NCBI GenBank assembly: GCA_030141605.1
Contig: JAQGDQ010000428.1
Location: 62,001-126,000, forward strand
Length of the DNA stretch: 64,000 bases
Direction: 5' to 3'
From: Tubiluchus corallicola
Taxonomy: Eukaryota > Animalia > Priapulida
Positions 23,001 to 33,700 of this stretch are shown in pieces (within the stretch, counting starts at the first letter, position 1; each line of letters begins with the position of its first letter). The notes below the pieces were generated by a model. That model had not been told where the DNA came from. It saw only the letters and a program-made list of their open reading frames with translations, and searched no databases. The position numbers and the translations under genes were made by a program.

Positions 23001-25664
23001 CTCATTCTGTCTCTCGCTGGTCACCAACCTGAAATGCCTAATACTTGATAAGTCATAAGACATAAAGTTTTTAGTTATTTAAATATTTGCAGGATATTAA
23101 AGCTAATCCTGTGCCGCATACAGGTATAGATTTTATACCAAAGTTGGATCATAGGAAAACAGAGGCAATGCCGTTTAGCTTTGAGCAACGGGACAAGGAG
23201 ATGATGCAACATAAAGAGGAGAAAGTGAAAAAGATCATCGAGAAAACCTCAAAGGTGTGACATTTAGTCAAGTCGAGGTAGCTCAGAGAAGGGGATATGC
23301 GATAGAAAGGAGCCAAATTTTTACATCATGTAAAATAACGATTTCCGCTGAGTTTTCTGACAATTTGTTTATTTTCTTTAATCCCTTTTTGAATAAACTT
23401 CGTATAGAACTTAAAAAGTCTCTTTTGTGTTACTACATCATATAAAATAAACAAATTTTGACTGAGTTTTCTGAGGATTTATTTATTTTTTCACAGAACT
23501 TTGTTTGCAAATAAACTTTTTACAAAACTTTGCTAAGCACAAAACCAGAAAGTTATCTTCATTTACTAAGTAATTCATTGCTTTTATGATCATATTTTGT
23601 TTGTTTGCTGTTTAGCAAAACTAATATGTTGATGCAATTAAGTACTCTTTGTTGTTAACTAATGCTTATAAGTGTTACGTCATTTCGTTGTTCTAGTCCT
23701 TGGAAAAAATTTATAAATCTGACTTATTGACTGGTCTATGGATATTTATATGATATTTCTTGCATATGATAAGTAGCTTATGGAGCTGAAAAAGGGCAAG
23801 AGGGAAGTCTGAGAAGGGGCCCTCAGGATCAATGCTGCTCTGGCACATTAAGCCACATTTGCACTGAATGACCTACTTTTTATATTAAAGTTGTGTTAGC
23901 AATGTATATGTTGAAGTAAAAGTAATTAATTTGATTTAATCGTCTAGTTTCACAAATATCTATTTAATCTTCAGTTTCACGATTACCTGCATTAAAATTG
24001 TTAGCCTTGCATTTGTTGTTTACACAGGTTGAACCATTTCGTGCTCAGCCGTTGCCTCCTACACCCCAACCGTTGCCGCCTAAAAAAGTGATGAAACCAA
24101 CTTTGCCACAACCATTCAAGGTTGCAAACAAACATCCAGAGGATTGTGCAGAAAAAGTAAGATTTGGACCAAGTAGTACAGCCTCGTTACTATGATGTCC
24201 ACACAATCTCGTCAAATACAGATTATTAAGTTTTTAAAACACATTTTTTATGAATTTACTTTAGGAATCATGTTTTTTGTTAATGAAATGCGATGGCATC
24301 TTACATTGTGTGCACGTCTTGTGATTTTGTTTGTGATTGTCATTCGTTTTTTTATAATACTGTAGCTCAATCTTTAAAATTCTTTTTTTTTAAATTCTGA
24401 CTGTTGTTAGCATATTGGGACATCACGTAATTATGCAATTTTTTTGAAACCTCAATATTGTTTTTACAATGAAGGCTACAAGACAAATTGTTTTAGGGGG
24501 TTTTACAGTACCTCATGCATTATGTATTTGCTATAGATAAATTTTTGCACTCATTATCTCAAATTAATTTTTTTGTATAAATATTTGTAGAAGGAGCAGG
24601 AACTTGCAGAGGCAAGAAAGAAGGCAGCCTTTAAAGCAAGACCATGCAAAGTTCTTCATACAGAACCATTTGTGCCTGAAAAACAAGTTGTCCCTTTAAC
24701 AGGTATTTTACAGTATAGCAGTTAATTGTTCTTAGCTTCTTACAAACATCAGAAATTGAGTCATATTCCTGTCTTTCGGCAGCAGTTAAAACTAGCTAAT
24801 AAAATGAACTTAAAAATACATGCGTGTGTCTGATAACAGAAAAGTGTGGCTATTTTGTAACTAAATTTAAGAACGTGTGCTGCATGTGCACATGCTGTAT
24901 GATTGAGCTGAAATTACAATGAGAATTTCGAAGACACTCTCTTTCAATGTCAGGTTGAAAACCAGAATTTACTGTTAATATTTTCTGTGTACATGAACTG
25001 TATACTGTCTACTGTTTACAATTTTTCTTCCTCACACCACACCTATACACAAATGCATATTTGAGCAAAAAAGAAGGGAAAAATAACTCACTAATGTATT
25101 TTGCTCGTTTCAAAGTTTTTCGTATTATACTCACTAAAAATCCATTTTCAAAATTATAAAATTTTGTAAGCTGAAATTATCTTGAGTCTTTTCTGTTGGA
25201 AATATTTTGAGACATTTGTAACAGGTAAGAGAGTTTAATTGATATTGATCTTACTACTCACTGTCATGTGTAATGTCCCACAAACTCTCTGTACAATCAT
25301 CATGTGGTAGCTGTTATACAGATGTCATGTTATTAATAGCTTAGACATGCATAAAATGATAATTTTGTTTGTTTTAGAAGTTTCTCAGATTGTACTGAAT
25401 ACTGAAAGAAGAAGTCAACAACGTGAAGAATTTGAATTTTACAAAAAGCAAAAGGAACTGGAAATTGCGGCTGTGGAAGCAGCCAGACGCAAACAACGAG
25501 AAGAGGAGGAGGAACAGGAACTTCAGCGACTAAGAAAAATGGCAGTCCCAAAAGCAAATCCGATCCGCAAGTTCAGACCCGTCGAAATTCATTCTAGTGA
25601 TTTGCCTCTAACACATCCTGTTTCACCCAAATTTACTGAGAAACCACACCGGGATAATGTCTGA
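10916..25664 (+). CDS. TPX2: Targeting protein for Xklp2 (TPX2), whole gene model, 16 coding exons, about 1020 aa
   Basis: join(10916-11036,11853-11942,13580-13745,14070-14267,15004-15076,16077-16771,17352-17435,17987-18284,19066-19264,20043-20175,20575-20788,22791-22892,23093-23254,24028-24156,24591-24702,25378-25664). All introns GT-AG with consistent phases, 3063 nt. Aurora-A-binding N-terminus, FKA-type repeats and C-terminal TPX2 domain present. Confidence 0.92.
11853..11942 (+). CDS. TPX2: TPX2 coding exon 2
   Basis: tttctttaatag acceptor, G|GTAAGG donor, open 90-nt phase 1-1 exon. Confidence 0.7.
13580..13745 (+). CDS. TPX2: TPX2 coding exon 3
   Basis: Open, phase 1-2; SNVVTSLSAW resembles the NIVTSW-type segment of TPX2; donor TG|GTAATT. 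Confidence 0.75.
14070..14267 (+). CDS. TPX2: TPX2 coding exon 4 (contains assembly gap 14158-14174)
   Basis: tttttgtag acceptor; frame open across 17 Ns; weak donor GA|GTAAAA, phase 2-2. Confidence 0.65.
14158..14174. other. Assembly gap (17 N)
   Basis: Run of n inside TPX2 exon 4. Confidence 1.
15004..15076 (+). CDS. TPX2: TPX2 coding exon 5
   Basis: tttttttacag acceptor, AAG|GTAAGT donor, phase 2-0. Confidence 0.75.
16077..16771 (+). CDS. TPX2: TPX2 coding exon 6 (large basic, Ser-rich exon)
   Basis: Inside ORF 16044-16802; ttttcag acceptor; AG|GTATTA donor gives the phase 2 required by the next exon. Confidence 0.8.
17352..17435 (+). CDS. TPX2: TPX2 coding exon 7 (RKRKS, NLS-like)
   Basis: tttttttag acceptor, AA|GTAAGT donor, phase 2-2. 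Confidence 0.8.
17987..18284 (+). CDS. TPX2: TPX2 coding exon 8
   Basis: KSSEELGLEK...RKK and TTQPMQFEFETDKRIK resemble vertebrate TPX2; donor GTAAGT. Confidence 0.92.
18424..18843. mobile_element. hAT-superfamily MITE, about 420 bp, in TPX2 intron 8
   Basis: TIRs CATGGCGTAGC / GCTACGCCATTG; perfect 8-bp TSD ATCAAACT at 18416-18423 and 18844-18851. Confidence 0.9.
19066..19264 (+). CDS. TPX2: TPX2 coding exon 9
   Basis: PTVVKPFRLS and FEKQTPERF motifs; tgcag acceptor, C|GTAAGA donor. Confidence 0.92.
20043..20175 (+). CDS. TPX2: TPX2 coding exon 10
   Basis: KLTCAKTPNLQSKTRARP...SQSELEQKEMEEI; donor AT|GTAAGT. Confidence 0.92.
20575..20788 (+). CDS. TPX2: TPX2 coding exon 11
   Basis: FKAASLNPKIL...DLEIEKRI...YEFKAK; donor GTATGT. 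Confidence 0.93.
21140..21527. mobile_element. Non-autonomous DNA transposon (CAGGG-terminal, hAT-like), copy 1, left end degraded
   Basis: High similarity over about 390 nt to 28912-29334 (both translate MMKMGRKVREI.KGCKNNHREPIFFQTYFS); right end GGGACCCTG. Confidence 0.85.
21593..22136. mobile_element. Kolobok-like non-autonomous DNA transposon in TPX2 intron 11
   Basis: Imperfect TIRs AGGAAGACTGGATGATT / AATCTTCCGGTTTTCCT flanked by TTGA and TTAA (TTAA-type TSD); internal TGACGTCA and AAAATGGCG motifs. Confidence 0.65.
22791..22892 (+). CDS. TPX2: TPX2 coding exon 12
   Basis: GIPKVEPQRLTQPESPAFNLRKRVR; donor AAG|GTAAGT. Confidence 0.92.
23093..23254 (+). CDS. TPX2: TPX2 coding exon 13
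   Basis: IKANPVPH...PFSFEQRDKE; donor AAG|GTGTGA. Confidence 0.92.
24028..24156 (+). CDS. TPX2: TPX2 coding exon 14
   Basis: FRAQPLP...LPPKKVMKPTLPQPF; donor GTAAGA. Confidence 0.92.
24591..24702 (+). CDS. TPX2: TPX2 coding exon 15
   Basis: FKARPCKVLHTEPFVP; donor G|GTATTT. Confidence 0.92.
25378..25664 (+). CDS. TPX2: TPX2 terminal coding exon (C-terminal domain, kinesin-5-binding tail)
   Basis: LNTERRSQQREEFE...LRKMAVPKANPIRKF...SDLPLTHPVSPKF; TGA ends 25664; AATAAA at 25979-25984. Confidence 0.95.
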
Positions 25665-26076
25665 GTGTGATTATGATTAGTATCTAAAAAACCTGTTATC
25701 TGTTTGTAGATTAACCATAAAATGATGTATATTTGAATGTAATGTTGGGTTATGTTAAACACTTGAAGTTTGAGAGTTCCACTGTATATGTGTAGTGTAG
25801 TTACAATCATATGTTTCTTACTCTTACTTGCATTCTCTTTTTAATTTACTAGTTTTCAATTTTTCCTATGTTATAATTTGTGCACAGTGTCATGTGAGAA
25901 GTGACAATTCTTTGTGCATACTCTATTTACTTGATAGTTCTTAGTTTTATGATTAAGGAGAGCATTTATGGTTTAGTGAATAAATATAGGGTTTAATTGT
26001 TTTTTATTATTAATTTTCATGCCAAGAAGTATTTTTTGGTTTCTTAAACCACTGAGGTACGTTAACAACATATCAA

Positions 26077-26194
26077 CAGTATGCCTTCTTTAACACTTCT
26101 CCAGTGCTCCTTTGTAAATTATTTGACTGATGTGAGCAGTACGCCTTCGTTAACACTAAACTTCTACTGTGCTCTATTATAAATTTGTCTGATC
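26077..26194. repeat. Diverged tandem duplication, about 60-bp unit, 2 copies
   Basis: CAGTA(T/C)GCCTTC(T/G)TTAACACT...GTGCTC...TAAATT...CTGAT occurs twice. Confidence 0.6.
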
Positions 26195-27491
26195 ATTGAC
26201 TATCATGCAGTTTACCGGAATAAACTTTTTTTAAAATTATTTAGTCTTTTATAGAAAAACTGTTTGTGTTTTATTCATCTAAGTTGTAAAGATTTTTGAC
26301 TTAGATTAGTCTTTTTGTATTAATAATTTTTTGTCATTAGTAAAGGCTCTTCTGTAAACGTTGAACTAAGATCCATCAGTAGATGACAAGCATTGCAGTT
26401 GTTTAACATCAAAGACTTTATAGGCCTATCTGTAAATTCCTGTTTTTGCAGTCGCTAAAAGTGAAATTTTTTGCCTCTCCAGTCTCCATAGCAAATATAA
26501 TACATTTTAGCGATGTTCCTGAAGTCTATTACATTTATGGAAGATTTTTTCATGTTTTCACTTATGTGCTGTAATTGAGATGTTTGAGTTGCTGGTCTTG
26601 ACATCAGCAAAATAAATTTTATCATTACACAACATCTTTAATATAATTATCCTTCTAGAGCATTCCTGAACTTTCAGGGTTACGTGATAAAGCAGAATAA
26701 AGTTGTCAATGCAAGACTTATTGCTGTTAAGTATCATTACTGTAACGTGTAATGTTTTCCCAGTCATTACCAAATCTGCAACAGCTGCAAACTTAATTAG
26801 ATTTAGACAATTTTTTTATCGAATTTTGTTTCCTTCCAAATGGTTAGTAACGTTATCAATTCCCAAAGAAAATTTAGTAAATTTACTTGAAAATTTATCT
26901 TGGTTAATTATGCCTGCGCCATACAACCAGTGTCTTTTAAAGGTCGCCAGGCTTTGGACAAGACATCAAACAAGAGACACTCCAGTTGTCAGATTTGAAT
27001 TTTTGATCCTATATTTTTAAAATTAAGTTCTGGAAACACTTTAGGTCGGTCTTGTTACTACCACTGAGAAAGGTAGTTGGATTAATTAGAAGTTCTTTAA
27101 GAACAGCAGTGTTATGGGTCTAGCAGCTTAGTCTCTAGTTTTGCGGTTTTGTGTTTATTACTGATGGAAAAGCACGAGCCTATACAAGGACTTTTTGCAA
27201 GAAAGACATGTGGTGATTTTTACAGGTATAATCTTATAATCTTCTTGGTAACCCTAATTAAGATTTCTTTAATGATTAATCATACTGACGAATGTGATAT
27301 GATTAGCCTCTGGAAAGTAAAATAATCAAAAGAGCGCCAATGCAGCTGCTACACCGTTCATAATCACGGCGTCAGCTTTGATTCATACTTTATTACTCGC
27401 TGAGCGACGCTGACTCGCTTCTCGTTAACAGTTATCACGTCTATGACTCACATCCTGAACTGTGACCGCCTGACCGGTAGTCCGGTACTTT

Positions 27492-27503
27492 CAACATGGC
27501 GGC
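27492..27503 (+). promoter_or_regulatory. TISU / YY1 consensus overlapping the CERS1 start codon
   Basis: CAACATGGCGGC matches SAASATGGCGGC at 12 of 12 positions. Confidence 0.55.
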
Positions 27504-27750
27504 CGACGAGTATGGTTCATCGTTTCATACCAACGAAGTTATGCCGGGTTATATAGATTTTGGTATTAAAACATACGAAGCATATGTAAAGTATTTTAAT
27601 ACAACAGATTGTAGCGGTAACTGGATAACTCGTTGGATAGATGATATCAACACTATAGGGAGATATGAAAGTATAGATATTGTGCGGATATTTTCCTTGG
27701 CTGTTGTATGGACTATTTTACGGGTGTTGGCTACAAATATTTGCTTTACG
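27496..27750 (+). CDS. CERS1: CERS1 exon 1
   Basis: EVMPGY, TDC and AVVWTILR resemble the CERS1 N-terminus; donor ACG|GTAAGA. Confidence 0.88.
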
Positions 27751-30700
27751 GTAAGAATCGGTTTACCTTTCTTAATAAGGGTTCTGACCTTAGTGCAATA
27801 AAAACTTTCAGACCAATTATTCGAAATTTTAGGTTAAATTTCGTACCTAATGAATAATATATTAATAATAAAAGTACCCCATGTTTAATAATCTAGTATT
27901 ATAATACCAGAAACTGACAAATTAATTGGTTTTCGTCTTGATTTTGTGTGACTCTAGAATTGCCCTTTTCTTCGTAGTAATTACTAGCTTATGGAGTTGT
28001 GGATCTTTTGTTATTTTTGGTTTAGATTTGTTTCAGAGATTGGTGCTATTCTACATATTTAATCTGTAAGAAACATCCAAACATCAAACTGGTACATTTT
28101 AATTTATGTACATTGTATGATGTCAAATAGACCCGTTGTACATGTAACAATGTGGGATTTATGCCAATTGTTCTTATAAGAATTTTAAGCTGTTATTTAA
28201 AACATTGTGCCGGGAATTAAGTATTGGAGACACATTTTTGCTATTTAATATGCTTAAATGATAAACTTGGTACTTAACATGACAAGTTGGCATTCAGTAA
28301 AGCTGCTTGGCCCTATCAATTTACAAAATACCAAATTATACCAGCATTAATGTACTTCAGTCCTTCTGTTCCTTTTTTGCATGGCGAACAACAATAAAAA
28401 AAGTTCACTCCTAGGAGTTTGGATGTTAAATCTTGTCTAACGTCTGTGCACTACTATGCAGGGCCTGTATGAATTTGCATTACTCTTCAAGCGGCTACTT
28501 CGTTGTTTGATGTGACATGACTGATGTTAAAGTGCACTATTTGGCAAAAGGGCTATGCTTAATGTACATAAATAATAATTCTTTAGTTATATTGGCATCA
28601 CAATTTTCGAACACCTTTGCATATTCTACAGTATTATAGACTGCTTATGTTGTTATTATCTCATTATCTATGTCATTATCTTCTAAATCGTTATTGAATT
28701 AAGAGAAGCTGATGTAAATGCAATAATTTTTACAGGAAGTAGGCACAAGTTTGGTTACAATCATGAATGACATAATTAAGCTTTATGTAAAACCAAATAT
28801 TTGGTTAAAGTGTACAGATGGGGTAACAAACAGCTTCTTAAGTAGGATTGGCCTAAAGCAAGGCCGTGAGCCCAACCCTATTTTCCCTTTTCATTAATGA
28901 CCTACCTTCGACAGGGTTCCCACGGTCAGGAAAAATCCTTGAAAATACAGGTTATCCTGGAAAGTCATGGAAAAGTCAGGGAAAAAGATAGTTTGGTAAA
29001 ACGTCTGGGAACATGATGAAAATGGGGCGAAAAGTCAGGGAAATTAGAAAGGGTTGCAAAAATAATCACCGTGAACCAATATTTTTCCAAACATATTTTT
29101 CAGTGATTCGTGTTCAAATAAAATTTTGCTATAGCAGGTTTCCAGTTTCGATTTCTGTTCCAAAAATGATGATTGACCGACACATTATATCAGTATACGT
29201 ATGAATGTCCATACACAAAAATGTATGAATATGTATACTGGTAATGCAATTTCTGTTTATCTTGGTCATGGAAAATCAATATTTGGTCACGGAAAAGTCA
29301 GGGAAATTTATTTTAAAATTCTGCGGGAACCCTGCTTCTTACTTTGATGCAAATTCTGATCCGTTCTACATTCAAAATAAAGCTATTCATTGTTTGATGT
29401 ATGTCGGTGATGTCACCTTATTTTCATGGTCAAAAAGTGGCATCTGCAAGTGAATACTAACAAAACTAAAATCATTGTGTTTAATAAAACTGGAAGACTT
29501 GCTCTATTTCAAAATTTGGAAATGATTACATAAGGGTCGTGAAAGATAACAAATATCTAGATGTAAACTTCTGTAACTCTGGCTCATTCAGGCAGTGTGT
29601 GAATGTATCAAAAGATAAAGGGTTAAAAGTACTAAACATTCTAAGAACCAAACTAATTAATTACCACTTATCTGCTAATATAATGGTATAGTTATTCAAT
29701 GTGCTTGCAAAACCTGTTTCCTTATATGGAAGCGAGATTTGGTGCGGTTTTGCACCAGTTTTATCCATGCATTACACCACTCTAATTTACACATATCATG
29801 AGATAACTATGGAATCACTAAATTTAAAACTGTGTCCGTGCATACTGGGGGGTAAATTGCAAATCTGTAAAACATCTGTAAAAAGAGGAGAATTAGGACA
29901 GTAACCCCTTAGGGATAGACGTCATATGTAGAGTAATAATTCATTGGCTGCACACAATTAGCCGACCTGAAACATCACTGGGCAAAGTAATCTGCAGAGT
30001 CCTTAAGTCAAATCCATAAAAATAAAAATAGTTGTTAGCGACATTCTAAACTGCACAGAATTCAGTCATATCTGGGGCTAATCAAACTACACTTAGTAGA
30101 AAATGCTCATTAAAAAAACTTAAAGAAAACTAAATTACAAAATATTAATGTTGCTAAATAGAAAAAATACATTAATTCAAATACTATAGATGTAAGCAGG
30201 GAAAATAATAAATTAAGAACTTACTGGAAATTTAAGAATAATTACTCTATGGAAAATTGTTTATTATGTAATTCTGTGTCTAAAGAAGCAAAAATTGCTT
30301 TTACTAAATTGTGTATAAAAATTCTCTTGCTGTAGAAACTGGACGACATCATAAGCCTATTAAAATACCCGATCATCAGAGAGTATGTATATATTGTAAT
30401 AATTTAGATATTGGAAATGAGGAACATTTGGGGTTATTTTGTAAAAAGTATGATATCAAAAGAGCAAATTTCGAGAACTATTTCCTAATTTCCCAGATTG
30501 TTTTAAAATCAGGGCAAATGTAGCAAAATGGCATTAAAATAGTATTATATTATCTACACGTCTGATTATTGTTATGTTTGTTATGTTATTCTAACATTTA
30601 ATTGTTATATTTTTCAATTGGAGTATATTATACATCAAATTATGATTTTTTAATTTATGTATTCTATTTTAATTTGTATTATTGTCATTAATATTTCGTA

Positions 30701-33700
30701 AATAGGTAATGTATAACATATGTAATGTATTTGCAAATGTTTTGCTAACCCATTAAATTAAATTAAATATATATTGCTTAGGCCTAAGCAATTTTGTACT
30801 GTTATCCTTGTTTCAACTGAAATCGTGAAATCACTGCCGTCATGGTTATTCAGCTTACAACTTAATTCTAGTTGAATTAATTTTCCAATTATGTATTATT
30901 TAGCTTATCATGTTAAGGATTGGATTAGTTTAAGCCAAAATCTAGCACTCACTGACATGTAGCACTAGGTTACTAATGGTAGATTTCTTAGCTAAATTCG
31001 GACAAAAGAGATTCTTCAATGATAAAATAACTTTAGGTACTTAAAATTTTTCTTAAGACCCAACCTTCCTGGTAGTTAAGCCGCAGTTATCTTTCCATGA
31101 ACTAACAATTAATACACCCTCAGGATGTCAAACATATCAATAAACACAATTTTGGAAATTGAAATTTTTGTTATCGTGGTATTTAAAATTTTGTTTAGTG
31201 CCTTGGAGCAATTGAGACTCCATCAGTCTGCAGTGTCCATTCATTGTTATCATTGATTTTGAGATTAAGTTTTCATTGTTATTATACATTGATCATTGAG
31301 ATCAGTGTCACTGATCTTATATACAACTGTAAATGGAAATAGAGACCGGATAATGTTTGAAATTAAATTTCATTTTTAATAATTATGTAACTAAAAATGC
31401 AGATATTGGGCGGAATATTGTTTCGTCTTTGTATTAATTAATTTAGTTGCAGTTAATGAAAATCATGTGTCAGCAAAATGACAACAAATTTTTTGAAAAT
31501 AAATTCTGATAATGCCAGTTCTTCACCTACAGTCTATTCTTAGAATTTATGTCTAGTCACGCATTACTGCAACAGGAACGCTGCTCGCTCACAGCCTTCG
31601 TTCAAAAGAATTTAGTGTCCTTGTATTAAGTGCAAAAAACATAATCTGAAGGCGATGGAACGTTAGAGACGATGTACATTTAAATAAGTTTTTTTATACC
31701 GTTTTGATCCGGATATACGTGTATTTTAAAATTAAAAAGTAAGAGTAATCATTGAATTATTCTTGCACCATAAATGTACTAACAGAATTGATTAGTGAAA
31801 GCATCTTTAGAATTAGTATTTTATGAATTGAAAAGTCCCACAATTAAATTTTCGTTGCTTTTAATTTTTGAGCTTTTAATTCTTTGTCACTGTAGAATTG
31901 GTTAGTGAAAGCACGCTTAGAGTTAGTATACATACAGAAATAAACACTGTTGAATCTTGAGTACGTTATGAATTGAAAAATCCCAGTTAATTTTCGATTT
32001 TTCTAATTCTTGTCTTTAAGAATTTATTTGCGATAATACTTTTTATATTGTTCAATGCCCTGCAAATCGGGATCCAACACGTGGCGTTATAGCGAGATCA
32101 GAAATTGGCTCCTGGTTAATTCTACGATAAGATCCTCGTGCCAGACAGCCATGCCGGTCTACTGGGTCCTTAGACACGCATGTTTACTGAGAGCATTCAA
32201 CACTTTTTCCGTTTGAATGCGTCTGTACGTATACGCGTTTCCTCAATGGGTGGAATGGGAGACATAATTACTGCAAGCAGTCATTAATTATTATGTGGAA
32301 AACTTACGTCGACTACTTCTTGCTAAGCACACGCCGTTACCATCCAGGTGTATCCCTAACTACATTGCAGTGCAGATATTTACTAACAGCTTTGAACATT
32401 TTTCCGTTTGTTCTGCGATTCATAAGAGTTTTATTTGTTTTCTAATTACTAAATGTAATTAATTTCAAAATAATTCGCCCGGGCGTCATTATATGATTAT
32501 TACTGTTTGATTAGATATTTGTAACTGCAAGGTGATCTTCACTGGGCGAATAAAAACGACATTTTAATTAAAACTAATCACCAAAATGTTAAGAATTTAA
32601 ACTATTTAATATGAATCATTAACTCGACCTGCTACAAAGTTCACGCATCTAATGTTTTAGTCAACTGCCATTCTAATTAATTCCGAGCTCTGAAGTTCCC
32701 TTATCCAGCTGTTGCCAACGATTTTACGTCTGCGCTTCGTACTTAACGCTTGCAGCTGCTCCCAATTTACAGCACTCGCTAAATTTAAATGTGCCGTACC
32801 TCTGTGACCTCTAAAGTTACTATCAAGGATTGGGCGTTATTACGTGTAATCAGAGATTTTAGCATTCGCACTGTGCTTGCCTATATCCTACATATGCTCT
32901 CATGCCTTTACTAAATCCAAGGCTGTAGCTTGTAGTTACGTACTGTGCTCTGCATTTGCTGTTACTAGGCCCCCCTGCATAATGAATTCAGTGTATTTCA
33001 AATCCCTGTACAGTTATTTTTGAAGCTAAGATTAGAATTGTCTGTGAAACACAGGGCGTTTCTTTGAAAATGGAAAAAATGCATCAGCCCGCAAAGTCAG
33101 TGCGAAGTAGTGGAAAACCAAGTTTCCAATTTCATAAATATTGTGAGGCAAGCAGTGAGTGTAGTCTCATAGAAACTTTAAATTAGTTTGCCTCATCGAT
33201 ACGATTCCTAGATGTGACTACGCCCTTGGGTGCGGCTCACTGCTGCACCTGATTACCCATGATGTTTATTGTTTACATATTTAAATGAGTTGTAAAATTG
33301 CTTTTGTTCGTCCTGATACATAGATAAAATCTTTATTTAAACACTTACCAATACAAAGTGAAAATACATTACGCATAAGAAATGTGTAGTCTGTACCGGA
33401 AGTTGTACTAGTCAATTATATACAGCGTATGCAACTAACTGAATATTGGCAATAGCGTTATCTACAACTAATATTACGCAAAAAGAATTACAATATTATA
33501 AAATTACTGGAAATTGATAAAACTTCGAAACGCAGGTTATTTACAAAATTTAATTTAATCCTATTAAATCCTTTTTTATATTCGCGGTACTGAGTATAAT
33601 TAGATAAACTTTTTATATTGATTACCAAACGATTGATTATTATTGCAAAATTTTCTTATATTACATATCTTAAGCTTGTTAATCTCTCAATCCTTGACGT

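Noticed and set aside
24586-25380. NAGNAG acceptors at TPX2 exons 15 and 16
   Set aside because: Real but common; one-residue variation with no evidence of function
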